A stretch of DNA of 62,777 nt, filler included, from Collodictyon triciliatum (Eukaryota), in the NCBI GenBank assembly GCA_043381765.1. It is 25 parts of 25 records of this genome, joined end to end, with 100 filler letters (N's around TTAATTAATTAA, not from the genome) between each part and the next. Parts side by side here need not be neighbours in the genome. Positions count along the whole stretch, not along the records: positions 47,816 to 50,226 come from JBHJMP010008941.1; positions 50,327 to 52,737 come from JBHJMP010008942.1; positions 52,838 to 55,247 come from JBHJMP010008943.1; positions 55,348 to 57,757 come from JBHJMP010008944.1; positions 57,858 to 60,267 come from JBHJMP010008945.1; positions 60,368 to 62,777 come from JBHJMP010008946.1; 19 more parts are not named here. One strand, given 5' to 3'. Position numbers and translations under genes: made by a program. Positions 48,175 through 60,809 of this stretch are shown here, in pieces (within the stretch, counting starts at the first letter, position 1; each line of letters starts with the position of its first letter). The notes under the pieces were generated by a model. That model was not told where the DNA came from and did not search any database. It was given only the letters and a program-made list of their open reading frames with translations.

Positions 48175-49150
48175 TTAATTGGCCGCGTGGGCAGGAGGGC
48201 CGAATATATTGCGGGAGATATCTTGCGACATTTTCCCACATCTTTGATGGGATACCACCGGCTTCAGGGAGTTGGTAATCTTGGTAGCCGATGATGTCTT
48301 CCTCACACTTTCGATAAAGCCATTATGACTCTGATATCGCCTCTTTCGTGTTGGTTGGCAGCCTTGGATAAGGACTTCAGACAAATCGACGGGTGAGTCA
48401 ACCATATTTTCGATATCCATATTTCTTGATTTTGATGCCTTTCATAAACGATTGTCTTGGTTGAGACTTCGAGTACTTTGTCCGCGAGATTCCTATCATG
48501 ATTTTCCTTCCTCTGGTATTGGAAAATGAATTGGTGTGCCTTTTTCCTTGTTGTTGGGTTCTAGGCTTATTTTGCGCACACTAATTCTAGACTCTTGGCC
48601 AGGGTTCATGAGCTGTAGTTGGCTGCCGTTGAGTTGGTGTCCAAGATTCTCGTGGTAACATCGTGTTATTCGGTGGTGGTCATCTTGGCGGCAGTTTTTT
48701 TTTTTTGGGGTGGATGGGTTGGCCTTGTGTGTCATTCGCTCCTATGTTGAGGAGAGTCGATGGGATATCAGTCTCTTTGAGGGTGCGTATCTCCACACGA
48801 CGGCGTCTATCATGAGTGAAGGTATAGGAGGCTATCTTTCCGCAATCTTTTCCTGTTCTTCTTCAAACGCAACTAGTGCATAATTCGTGCAAATTCTTGC
48901 AAGATTTATCCAGTTGACTTTGGTTGGGGTAAAGCGCTTGTTGCAGACTTCGAATATGTCAGTCTAGTAGAAGCCCAGCGATATATTGGATAGATGCTCG
49001 ACCTTTGCGATAGTTTTAGCAGGCGCGGGGAGGGGGTGCATTCGTGATTGAGGAGCCGAGGTTAGGCTTCTTTAATGAAGGCAGCTGCGGTTTCTTTTCT
49101 TGGGAAAGCAACTCCGAGCCTGAAGGCAGGGTTGTATTCGTAATGTTGAA
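48175..49150 (-). pseudogene. Decayed intronless coding-like stretch, possibly a retroelement ORF1 remnant
   Basis: Repeatedly interrupted frames (RLGVAFPRKETAAAFIKEA*, TNYALVAFEEEQEK) and no intron signatures; identity is inferred only. Confidence 0.25.
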
Positions 49151-50165
49151 GACAAAGAGTAAACCGGTCAAGCTTTTGAATGTATTTGACAAGCCATTAT
49201 AAGGAAAATAGCGAAGCCACAGCGTTAAGTCCCATATTTCACAAACACACAATTTAGTTTTACTTATCAAATGTGCCATCAGAATAGAAGACACAATGCA
49301 TAACATACCAAACAACACACATGATGGGAAGTAAAGAGTATAATGATATAAACATACAAGAACATAAACATACATAATGCTGAAGTGGATTACTCATTTT
49401 ATTTTTATTTTATCTCATGTCTTAGATTTCAGAAAGGTCGAGGGAGCCAACCGATTCTGTGGGTCCTTCGATTGGATGACATCTTATATCTGTCGCTGCA
49501 GAATTCCTCTTCGAGGTTGGATAAACCGCTGTTGTGAAAGTAGCTTCATTTTGCAGTGTTTTTGAGGCTTCTCGTCCCTGCCGATAATATAAATATTAAA
49601 ATAATACATAATTCAAATAAATGAGGTCCTTCAATCCGGGACAAAATAGAGTTCTTTAAGAGACACTAAAAAAGACATACATTAAATTCCAACATGCGAT
49701 GTCAGAAAAAGAAAAAAGATTCAAATTTAAATTGACCTCCAGTATGGCTAATATTCCCAGCGGCGATGCGATGTTCAAAACTATCCAATCTTTCCAATGG
49801 AGGGGAAGAAAGGCATATATTGTTACAAACACGAAAATACCTGGATGTGATGTATTGTTATCGGCTTATAATTCGGTCACTAGCATTTTAAGAAAATGAC
49901 TAAAGTAAACCCTGCCAATCAAATGAATATTTCACATTACTCACCAATCGTAATAGCGTTCAATGATACCATGAATGTGGATACAGAATGGTGATAATTT
50001 GACGAAATTCCGTCCACATGCATGATGACAGCAAGCTAAAATGTCATATATTGACGATATACAATTAGAAATAACACATCATCTCATTCAGAGAAAAGAG
50101 AAAAAAAGAGAGAAAAAAAGAGAGAAAAAAAAAGAGAGAAAAAAAAAAGAGAAAAAAAAAGAGAG

Positions 50166-50226
<61 letters not shown>

Positions 50227-50381
50227 NNNNNNNNNNNNNNNNNNNNNNNNNNNNNNNNNNNNNNNNNNNNTTAATTAATTAANNNNNNNNNNNNNNNNNN
50301 NNNNNNNNNNNNNNNNNNNNNNNNNNATAATAAATAAGTTCTTTTTTTCAGCGAAAGTGACCTAAATGGAAATTTCCTTAC

Positions 50382-52281
50382 GTGATAAAAAGGAATTTAT
50401 GCATGCAAAGTCTGTGATACTTTGGGCCTCTGATGATAATTTCACAACTGATATATATATATATACTTATTGTTATTCCGGAACCTGTTTTTACATTTTT
50501 ATTACATTTATTTCATCGATTTGAGAGTGTGTTATACATACAAGGATATTAGAGCAAAAACATCCTCTGAAAGGTCCCATTTAAGATTGCAAGGCTTTCT
50601 TTCGCCATTACCGAAGGAGGTCGTCTTTAGGGGTTTCCTCAATCACGTATTTGTACCCAATCAACTTATTGCCGCAGCTAAGAAGAACAAATTTATCCAT
50701 ATAATAGAACTTTGATTGCCGAATTGGGCCTGAAAACTCTGGATTTTCCTTCATTTAATTTTTTTTTAAAAAGAGTGTAAAAAAATATTAATTCAAGAAA
50801 ATATATAAATAGCTATATTTATGGCCGTGCTTGGAGAGTCCGTTTATGCATATGAACATGAGCATTATGTTTTTAAAAGAAAAGACGGAGAATTCCAATA
50901 CCCTTGCATCATCCTTTGTGTTGTTGACAACGTTCCGAAAAATGACCAAAGGGTCGGGATTTCCACTGCCCCAGAGCCGAACCGTTCTATCAGCAGAGAA
51001 AGTCAACAAATAACATTCTTGAGACCATACGCAACTAAAAGAACCGGGGCGCTGTGTCCTATCCATAAAGTTGACAAGCAGATTATGGACAAGTGGTATA
51101 ATGAGGAACTTCGTCCGCAATCCAGTGGCACTATGTAGTGTTGGATACACAAGCAAAAACTGATGAGCTGAATGTCACTTTATAAAGTACCTCAATACTC
51201 TGTTCCTTCTCCTTTAAACTTTGCTAAAGAGAGCTTTATTTCACGAGTGACTTTATCAGACCCGCAGCTGGTTATTCTCTCTCAATTGCCTTTATTGATA
51301 CAAATCGACAACATTAAGATTCGCTTTCTCTTCCTTTTCTTTTAAAAACCATCATCACACAAAAACATCCAAGTGATAGGATAAAAACAAGAAGGCAGTG
51401 ATATTGGAAAAATATTCACATGAATGAATCAGGCGTAGAACGGCGCCGGATTGTGGCAGAATAGCATATCCCCCAAGGTTGAGGGAGATGAGGAGGCCCG
51501 CAATTTATGGGGTACTTTTTTTCCAGTAAATTCCTAGAATGTCAGATGAAAGAATGCAATATCAAAACATATCTCAAATCTCATCTTTCCCCAATACATA
51601 CGATTTTTTTCAATTTGAAAATCAGCTATTATTCATTCAGTCACATGCTTTCCTTGTAAAACAATTTAAAGAAAAAAAAAAGAAAAGATGATTATTATGA
51701 ATAAAGCCACGTGTATGTATGTGATTAACTCTTTTTAAAAAATTTTGTGATATTTTCTATATATAATTAAGTGCTGTTATAAATGCAAAACCCTGATGAG
51801 CCTGATATCTTTAAAGTTGTCTTTGGTTTTGTTGAGTTGACTGACGCAGCTCCGTATTCTGACGACTTTATCCTTGAGGGAAATGTGACTGGGTTGTTAA
51901 CAATCTTTGGAACTTTTTCCTTCATAGTTGAGGAGGCTGAAGCCATACATGCAAAAAGAAGCGAAAAAAATGGTTGAGATTGGGTTATAACTCATGTGAC
52001 TTCTTCGTGTCAATCAGCCTAATATGTAAAGAAATATTGCACAATACCCTTATGAATTTACCTCCATTATTAATCGTCTTGTAAACGAAATTCATGAGAA
52101 ATGGGATGAAGAAAAACATAATAACAAGGAGACATGAATAAAGTATAAAAGAACTCCTCTCAATGTTACGAAGGGGCATTTCATCCGCCTTGGGCTCTAG
52201 TTTGACTACAAAATCCGTCATAAGGTAAGAATTGGCCTGCAGTGGCTTTGAAGGAAACACTGAAATGACTTCGTCACTTTG
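50382..52281 (-). pseudogene. WDR27: WDR27-like WD40 gene with multiple disablements (unprocessed pseudogene)
   Basis: NNPVTFPSRIKSSEYG; YPINCGPP; SKFYYMDKFVLLSCG; AQSITDFACINSFLS. In-frame TGA at 51282-51284 and 51192-51194, with apparent frameshifts near 51040 and 51470. Confidence 0.72.
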
Positions 52282-52837
52282 CTAGGTATTACAAAGAATG
52301 TTGAAGTTTTGTTTATATTATATATATAACTAATTTTTTTTTATTCACACAGATGCATTTTTAATAGACTATTTATGATAATATTTTTTTTAATCGTAAG
52401 AAAAGGTAAATATATTAATATACAATTTGAATAGGATTTGTAGTCACGATGAAGCTAAATACTTTTGGATGAAAAGGATTGGCCACGCAGCAAACGCACT
52501 TTATTTAAAAAAGAAAAAGACGGTTTAAATTTCTTACCACTTTCGAATGCCAGTCATTAATATTAGTAAACGAGAAAAATGAGTTCCGATCAACGTTATC
52601 ACGACAAACCGACGTGTCAGTGAAGGGACAAACGATATAATTTGATGCAGTAAACCCGACACTGGGAGATGCTAAAGATGCCGATGATGGTGCTACTGGT
52701 GATTAAGTGGACGCTTCAAGAAAAAAAAAAAACAAAANNNNNNNNNNNNNNNNNNNNNNNNNNNNNNNNNNNNNNNNNNNNTTAATTAATTAANNNNNNN
52801 NNNNNNNNNNNNNNNNNNNNNNNNNNNNNNNNNNNNN

Positions 52838-54726
52838 TTGGGCTCCCTAGAGAAACACTTAGTATCCCCAAAAGCTGGATAATGGATTTACAGGTCATGG
52901 AAATGTCAGATGGTTATAAATTGCTTGTGTCTGGAAACAGTGACCATGTGATTCGGTTTTGGGATGTTGCAACTGGAAACGTCGTCAAAGTATTAGAAGG
53001 TCATTCGGCGACGATAAGTTGTGTGCATATGTTGCAAGGGCCAAACGATGAGAAGTGGTTGGCATCTTGCGGTGATGATACCACTATTCGTATCTGGGAT
53101 GTGTTATCCGGTGACGTTATAAGAGTTTTAGAATCCGATTCATTCAGTCCAGTGTATAGCCTTATCGGCATAAAGGGTCCTAATGGAGAGCGCTGGTTGG
53201 CATCTGGGAGCAAAGATAACACGATTACGATTTGGGACTTTGCTACAGGCGACCGCATCAAAGTACTAATTGGACATTCTCACTATGTGCTCACTATGTG
53301 CTATGTCAACACCCAGCCTGGGGTCGACTGGTTGATATCAGGAGGCGGAGACAAAAAAATCCTTGTCTGGGATATCGAATCCGGTACTGTGGCTAAAACT
53401 TTTGAGGGACACGCAAATACTGTAAATGCGATTTGCCCTGTGAAAGGTCCCAAGGATGAAAACTGGCTCGCTTCAGCAAGTGATGACAAGTCTGTCCGCA
53501 TTTGGGACATCAACTCTAGTTCTTTGGTCATGGTCATGGAAGGACACACGGACTTTGCACGGTGTGTCTGCGGAATAGAGGGTCCGCAAGGAGAAAGATG
53601 GATAGCTTCTGGGGGGAATGATAACGTGGTTCGAATATGGGATTTGGTGACAGGAAATGAGCTGGTTACATTCCACGGACATCAGCGAGCTGTTATCACT
53701 TTATGTGTCATGGAGAATTATAACCACTGTGAAATGTGGCTGGCCTCTGGGAGCTTCGACGGCTTTATACGCTTTTGGAGCTTAAAGCCAGATGATTGGA
53801 CTTTGCCCGAGCAAAATATTGGTGTTAACAATCACGAAAGAGCAAGGGAACTTAGTTCTGTAAAAGCTTCCTTATCTTCTGAAACAACCAGGGCCGAGTC
53901 CTGCCGGCAACAAGCCACGCAATCAAAGAGTCTACAAGGTGGCGATATATCTTTAAGAAATGCACGAGGTTTGAATACGTTTAATAAACGTGTTTTGCTA
54001 TCACACGGCGGGGTCTCCTTCGACGAGGACTTTGTCCAACACTGCTTGGCTTCAAATTACACCCCTTTCCAAGCTATAATGATGGGGCACTGTTATGAAA
54101 ATGGGCTGGGAATCCATATGGATGCAGATAAGGCCGTTCTTTGGACAACCGTTTTGGCACTCAAGGCTGCGTCTGACTATGCCAGTCTGACAAACATGTG
54201 TGAAAAAGGGTCTGTGGCTGCATTTGAAGCTTTGGTTGGCTTGGCTAAAGAAGATTCGGGAGGGACCTGCAAGCGCCCTTTGGCCGCAAAATCTGTAGCA
54301 GGGTGCTTTGAGCGCGGGTGGGCTGTGGAGAAGGACATAAAAACCGCAGTCGAGTGGTATGACCGAGCAGACGATTTTGCAGAGCTGAAAAGACTGGCCG
54401 TAGATGGGTCGGCAGAAGGTTTGGAGAAGCTGAAACACGCGGCTATGAAGAAAACAGCCACTGGTCCGAAGCATCCGATGGCTGGAAAATTACTGGGCGA
54501 GTGCTACGAAAACGGATGGCTTGGAGAAGCGAGTCTGTCCTCTGCGATAGACTGGTACGGAAGGGCAAAGTGCTTTCCTGAGCTAAAACGTTTGGCACAA
54601 CAAGGCTCTACCTATGCTTTCGATACAATTAAGGATATATCTGAGGCTAAGATGGGGCACCAACTGAGATATCCGGAAGCTGCTGCAATCGTCGCCGAGT
54701 GCATTCAAAACGGATGGGGTTGTTAA
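52838..54726 (+). CDS. WD40 (7 diverged repeats) / Sel1-like protein, paralog of 534-2420; 5' truncated
   Basis: Frame open to the contig edge (GLPRETL, equivalent to GIPYNKL). GP(N/K/Q)(G/D)E.WLAS WD signature, cap LQGGDISLRNARGLNTFNKRVLLSHGG, four CYENG(W/L)G-type motifs, TAA. Confidence 0.88.
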
Positions 54727-55149
54727 ACCGCTGTCTCTCAATAAAGAAAAGGATGGGAGGAGAATATATAATCTTCAGACCATTTTCAAGCTAGAAGGGA
54801 TTACAATAAGTTGGCGTTACTTCCCATTTTGCTCTCATTCTACCTCTTCCTTTTTCTTTTACTAATTTTGAACTATCAGATACACTACTCTCGCGATTGT
54901 AACAAGTATATCATATGTATGTGATGTAGCGAATCATAGACTATGATTATTTTTTTTATCTAAAGAGTGGACAGCATCTACAAAGGTGCATTTGATCAAC
55001 ATATGGAACAATATATTCATAAGGAATGCATGAATATGGAGATGAATATGTGCGCTTCTTTTCAGTGGTCGAGAAACTGGCTTTGGCCCACAAGACTCTC
55101 TTCTCCAGCAGATTTCGGCCGCACATAAGCCACAGGGATTTTCTCCTGA

Positions 55150-55247
<98 letters not shown>

Positions 55248-56270
55248 NNNNNNNNNNNNNNNNNNNNNNNNNNNNNNNNNNNNNNNNNNNNTTAATTAAT
55301 TAANNNNNNNNNNNNNNNNNNNNNNNNNNNNNNNNNNNNNNNNNNNNTATGTATGTATGTATGTATGTATGTATGTATGTATGTATGTATGTATGTATGT
55401 ATGTATGTATGTATGTATGTATGTATGTATGTATGTATGTATGCTACTTTTGTGTTTTCATTTTTTGTTTTTGTTTTTCGCTTCATCCTTAACTCGATTT
55501 TTTGAAAGGAGTCTAGAGGTTCGCTGACTTTAAAAGAAAAAGGGCGAAAAAAAAACAAGAAAAACAAAAACAAAAACAAAAACAAAAACAAAAACAAAAA
55601 CAAAAACAAAAACAAAAGGAAAAAGAAAAGGAAAAAGAAAAAGAGAAAGAAAAATGAGAGGAAGATATGCCAAGAAAAAGAAAGCCGAGAAGCCGCACTC
55701 CGATGGAGCGCGCAAGGGTCGAACAAGGAAAAACAAAGTGCGTGGACTTCTCAGGGATTCTTGTGCCTTGGCCGGGGTGATCAAATGCGGTTTCGCCAAA
55801 GGGGATAGATTATGGAAATATTGCTGGCAAAGCCCAAAGAAAAGAATAATCTGGCTGAATTGGCGAACACAGTGGCTTCTACAGCGACAGCATAGCCCGA
55901 AGAAGGTATCAATACCTCGCACCGAACACCCAAAACCCGCACTTCTTTTTTGGTTCTTTGCTGCAAACCCTTTGGTTGGAAACGGTAATTTTTGGCACAC
56001 AGTCTCTGAACATGATTTATTCGCGCTTCATCAATTCCTTTTCGCTCGACTCATGGCACAGCATTTACTAGCACGGTTGAGGCAATATGACTGAGATATG
56101 CATTCAATCGGGAAAAATGGCGAAGCATACTTTCATTATCATTATCATTACAATCATCATTATTGTCAATGTCATGATTAGTAACATTATTCTTTTTCGG
56201 TGCCAAATTAGAGCACTTGTTTATCTGATATCTTTTGAAAGTGTGATAAGTACAGCGAACCATACAATCA

Positions 56271-57401
56271 TCACCAAGTAATCAACTTGCTCGATGAAAT
56301 GGCTACCAGCTTCCCACCACCCGAAAATGCAACAGCTTGTGGGTTCTGGGCCACCAGAGACTTTAGGAGCTTTCCTGCCGAATCATAAATGTTGATTCGA
56401 TTGGCGTTTTGGAACGAAATAATGAACCCACCATTTGGCCCTCGTGTCATGTAGCTCCATCCCTCACCGTATGCCTGTATCGGTATACTGCGAGTGTATT
56501 CGCCGTCAGTATTGAATACATGAACACTTTCATTAGACCTTTCAAGGACCAAAATCTCGTTTTCGTCATTAACAGTAATACCAACTGGATGGACGAGCTT
56601 CTTCGTTAGAGAACCAAGGCTAGAAAACGCGCAAACAAAATCACCAGTCTTTGTAAACTTCTGAATTCTGCAATTTCCTTCATCTGTGACATAGAAGTTC
56701 TCATCAAGGTCAAATGCAATATAATTTGGAAGGATAAACTTTCCAGGCTCAACACCTTTGGTACCGACTATCCTTACTAGATTGTGGCTGCGGTCAAATA
56801 TATGAACACAACAATTCTGCTTGCAAACCACATTGATATACTCCCCATCCAAGGAAATCGCTATTCCGTTCGGTCCAATCATGTTACATCCACGTGTCAT
56901 CCCGCGCGACATGCCACCTATGTCCCGAAAATGTTTGTCGAATGCATGAACAACGTTTTGATAGTTATCTGTGAGATAAATGTTCTCCGTCTCGAGCCCA
57001 AAAGCTATCCCCACATTAAACCCACGAAGATGCATCAAGAGCGAGTGCCTGGGACTCTCCACATCATCGGAAAGCAAGTGGCCTTCGCATTTGATTAGTG
57101 GGAAATTCGCGTCGTACACAAACTTGAATGACGCATAATCGCAGCCAGGATGGTTATCTAAGGCTCTTGGAATCTGCTTTCTAATAGCTCTGTGATCAGA
57201 TGGCTTCTCGATGGTTGCTTCAACAATCTTAAGCATTCGCTCATAAACCATAAACATCTGAATCAACTGTGTTTTGCTTTTGTTCTTTTCACTCATTGTG
57301 AGATACAGCAGCTGACGCTTTGGGTAATGCTGAAGCTGTTGTATGCAATAATATTCTCCTGCACTTTGACATTTTAAATGCTTATGTCGGATACCATAAA
57401 C
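56271..57401 (-). CDS. NHL-repeat beta-propeller protein, paralog of 46250-47410
   Basis: GPNGIAIS; GTKGVEPGKFILPNYIAFDLDENFYVTDEGNCRIQKF; PVGITVN. The frame stays open upstream to an acceptor near 57402. Confidence 0.88.
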   Translation of the reverse strand, partial: VYGIRHKHLKCQSAGEYYCIQQLQHYPKRQLLYLTMSEKNKSKTQLIQMFMVYERMLKIVEATIEKPSDHRAIRKQIPRALDNHPGCDYASFKFVYDANFPLIKCEGHLLSDDVESPRHSLLMHLRGFNVGIAFGLETENIYLTDNYQNVVHAFDKHFRDIGGMSRGMTRGCNMIGPNGIAISLDGEYINVVCKQNCCVHIFDRSHNLVRIVGTKGVEPGKFILPNYIAFDLDENFYVTDEGNCRIQKFTKTGDFVCAFSSLGSLTKKLVHPVGITVNDENEILVLERSNESVHVFNTDGEYTRSIPIQAYGEGWSYMTRGPNGGFIISFQNANRINIYDSAGKLLKSLVAQNPQAVAFSGGGKLVAISSSKLITW

Positions 57402-57857
57402 CTGGGGAGGAATAAACGGGGATGTGTAAGAATTATTATATATGTCGACGCCGTGATTAATTCCGGCAATCGAATAATATTAAGAGAAATGGCCAATAAA
57501 AAAAATTAATTATCTGATCATTTTCAGGGTAGAGGTTGGGACATGTACTCTTTCAGGAGAATAAAAAGGTATCCATAACAAAAAAATGAGAAAGAAAATT
57601 AAAACATAAATAATCCACTTTTCATGTTTTTGACAGCGATATATCTCTTTCTTTTTTATTTTTATTTTTATTTTTTATTTTTTATTTTTTATTTTTTATT
57701 TTTTATTTTTTATTTTTTATTTTTTATTTTTTATTTTTTATTTTTTATTTTTTATTTNNNNNNNNNNNNNNNNNNNNNNNNNNNNNNNNNNNNNNNNNNN
57801 NTTAATTAATTAANNNNNNNNNNNNNNNNNNNNNNNNNNNNNNNNNNNNNNNNNNNN

Positions 57858-57972
57858 AAAGAGACAAAGAGACAAAGAGACAAAGAGACAAAGAGACAAA
57901 GAGACAAAGAGACAAAGAGACAAAGAGACAAAGAGACAAAGAGACAAAGAGACAAAGAGACAAAGAGACAAG
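57858..57972. repeat. (AAAGAGAC)n octamer microsatellite
   Basis: Seen directly. Confidence 0.95.
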
Positions 57973-58007
57973 ATACACGAGAATAGATAATGCTAGTCAA
58001 GGCTCAC

Positions 58008-60127
58008 ACAAAGCCGCATTTGGGATTTGTGCACTTGTAGTAAAACTTGTAGTCGATTTCATAAGTGTGACACTGTGTTATTTTCATGTCAGAGTAGAGT
58101 CTCATAGCAGCGTTCGCCCTGCACAATGGATAGAGTATGAAAAGAAAAGTAGAGTAAATCCACTAAATCGATATATAAGCAGGCGATGTGTTTTTAGAGA
58201 TCTCTTTTCAGCAGCAGGACTGCATCACTGATGATAGAATGGAATGAATATAGTTTGTGTTGGAGTGTGATTAACATGGCACCACATCCCCCCTCTCCTA
58301 CAAATCACAATGGATGGGAGAAAAGGAAAAAGTGAATGGTTACCAGCGAAAGAACAGGCGTCCATGGACTTCCTTGAGATTTTTGTCCACCAAAGCAACC
58401 GCAGCGTGACAAAGTTCGTGGCACAATGTCGTTCTTAATCTCTCTACATATTTGCGTTCATCATGAAAAGTTCAGGTTCGAAGCATGATTATGACTGTAC
58501 CGTAGGTTTGGAGAATTTTCGAGCTGAGTTCAACATACACCTTGTGCTGCCCAGCCATGGAAAGATTCAGTAAAATCGCCACTTGCTCATGCATGACACT
58601 TTGCTATCAGGATTACAGCCGCATGTGAGATACAAAAGTACCTTGCGTTTTTCCCGATCGATCATTGTGCGTCCGGCGCATTTCCGAAGATGATCTGACC
58701 ATATGATTTTCAAGTCCTTCGGAATCTTTTTCTGAAATATAGTTTGGTTAAATTCTTTGAAGAGTACGTGAGTATAGTAATCCCGACGAAGAAGGAAATC
58801 TTTGGGTTCGTTGCTGCTGCAGCTTTTCTTCAGTCCCTTGTCAGAATCTATCCATGATTTACACATAATTATTACTTATTTTCTCCTTTTTTTTTTTGGA
58901 TAAAATATACGATTAATGAGGTCACAGTAGAAGCTACACATACCTGGTTTCTTTTTTAATTGGTCGCCCGAGCCTTTTGGTGCAGTCTTGGAGCTACAGG
59001 ATGAAATGAGTTTTTTTTTCGCCCAAAAAAAAAGATGATTGATTATGCAGAAGTAAAAATAAAATAAAATGAAGGAGAATGAAAAATATATAGAACTACA
59101 AGTAAAAGGCAAGGAGAAAATGTCAAGTTTGCAGGGCTGAATTGATTATCTGATGCAAACAATTTGGTCTGTGTGTTCTGAGAGGACGAGCCTGGGACAC
59201 TTCTAACACTAGAGAGTGAGCGCATCTCTTCAGATTTCGACTTTTCCATATTCCACAGAGATTTCAAAGACTCACTGGGATTCTTTCGGGCCACTGATCC
59301 TGATAAAACCGGATTGAGATGCGTTTTTACTTTCCGCACTTTCATAGGTAGGGTTCAAGTATAACGATGGAAGGTAGAAATCGAAAAAGGAAAAAAAATT
59401 GAACCTTCTTTGGGTGTCATCTCTGTCTTGGTTGGTTTGGCGGACTTGATCGCTGACGAATAATTATTTTCACTAAAACTGTATTCAGAATCTTCATCGC
59501 TTTCGCTCTCGGTATCGACTTGAGTGTCATATTCTGATTTACTCAGGCCATCATCACCACCATACTCACTATCATCATCATCATCATCATCCTCTTCCTC
59601 TTCATGGTCTCCGAAGTCGTCGTATTCTTCCTCTTCATTGTCTCCAAAGTCGTCTTCTGTACCGCCACTTTCAAATCCGGAGTCTTCAGATGATTCTACC
59701 TTGTGTTTCTGTCCAAGCTTAGATTGCTTTGGTCTTGTGCGAGAAACTCCATCCAATAACTGAGGTGGACGGTGAGCAAGTCTGGAAGAATGCCGAAGAG
59801 CCTTCTCCTCCGTGGGCCCTCCGAGATCTACTGCTTTGAAGCATTTCAGAATACGACATATCGCATGGGTCAATTCCAGTGTTTATGGACGACTTAATAT
59901 GAAACTACCAGTAGCGGTCGCCTCTTCATCCTCGTCATCGCTTACAACAATCCGCCGTTTCTTTATCGAGGCTTTTTTGACAGCAGAGTCATCCGAGTCT
60001 GAGTCAGATAATACTACAGCACAAATACAAAGTATGACCAGCCAAGTTGAATGGTTTATTAAGATCGGTTGTTTATTGATCGACCACTTTGCGAAAGAGA
60101 CCAACCGATCACGTCTGTGTCACTCAT
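58008..60127 (-). CDS. GCNA: GCNA/ACRC-like protein: acidic disordered N-terminus plus SprT-like metalloprotease (3' truncated)
   Basis: MSDTDVI-VLSDSDSDD; long D/E tract; FKEFNQTIF...IIWSDHLRKCAG; VELSSKI; RLRTTLCHELCHAA (HEXXH); HG..F..W; CHTYEIDYKFYYKC...C. Confidence 0.85.
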
Positions 60128-60236
60128 TCCCTTTCCGGCACTGGTTGATTTCGATCCCTACACCAGAACAAAATGAACAAGTCAAATCGCAGCAAGGTTG
60201 GCGGTAAAAAACAAAAAAAAAAACAAAAACAAAAAA

Positions 60237-60267
<31 letters not shown>

Positions 60268-60367
60268 NNNNNNNNNNNNNNNNNNNNNNNNNNNNNNNNN
60301 NNNNNNNNNNNTTAATTAATTAANNNNNNNNNNNNNNNNNNNNNNNNNNNNNNNNNNNNNNNNNNNN

Positions 60368-60459
<92 letters not shown>

Positions 60460-60809
60460 TTATCTCCCTATATTCGATAGGAGGTGGTGGCATTTCGAGT
60501 CACATAGAGAGCTGAGAGTCAGGCGGTTCCGGAATGGGAGATTGTGAAGGGGCGCCACGGGTAGATTTGCCTGACGACCCAAGGAATACAGCTTCAAAGG
60601 CTGCTGAGCATGACCAAGGTATCCGAGTACATATCAATTGGGGCTCCTCATCGATCGTTCCTTACTGTTTAGGTGTTATTAGACTATGGTTTAGAGAAGC
60701 TGTTTGTATAGAGCTTTACTTTTTTTTTTTTTCACTATTTTTCTTGTTTTCTTTTTCTTGTTCCCTTCTGACATAAATAGCAACGAATGAACTCACCCCT
60801 TCATATGGG

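Noticed and set aside
40928-51284. Stop-codon reassignment suggested by the in-frame TAA (TANGO2) and TGAs (WDR27)
   Set aside because: TAA, TAG and TGA each terminate intact genes here, thousands of other conserved codons have no internal stops, and WDR27 also has frameshifts.
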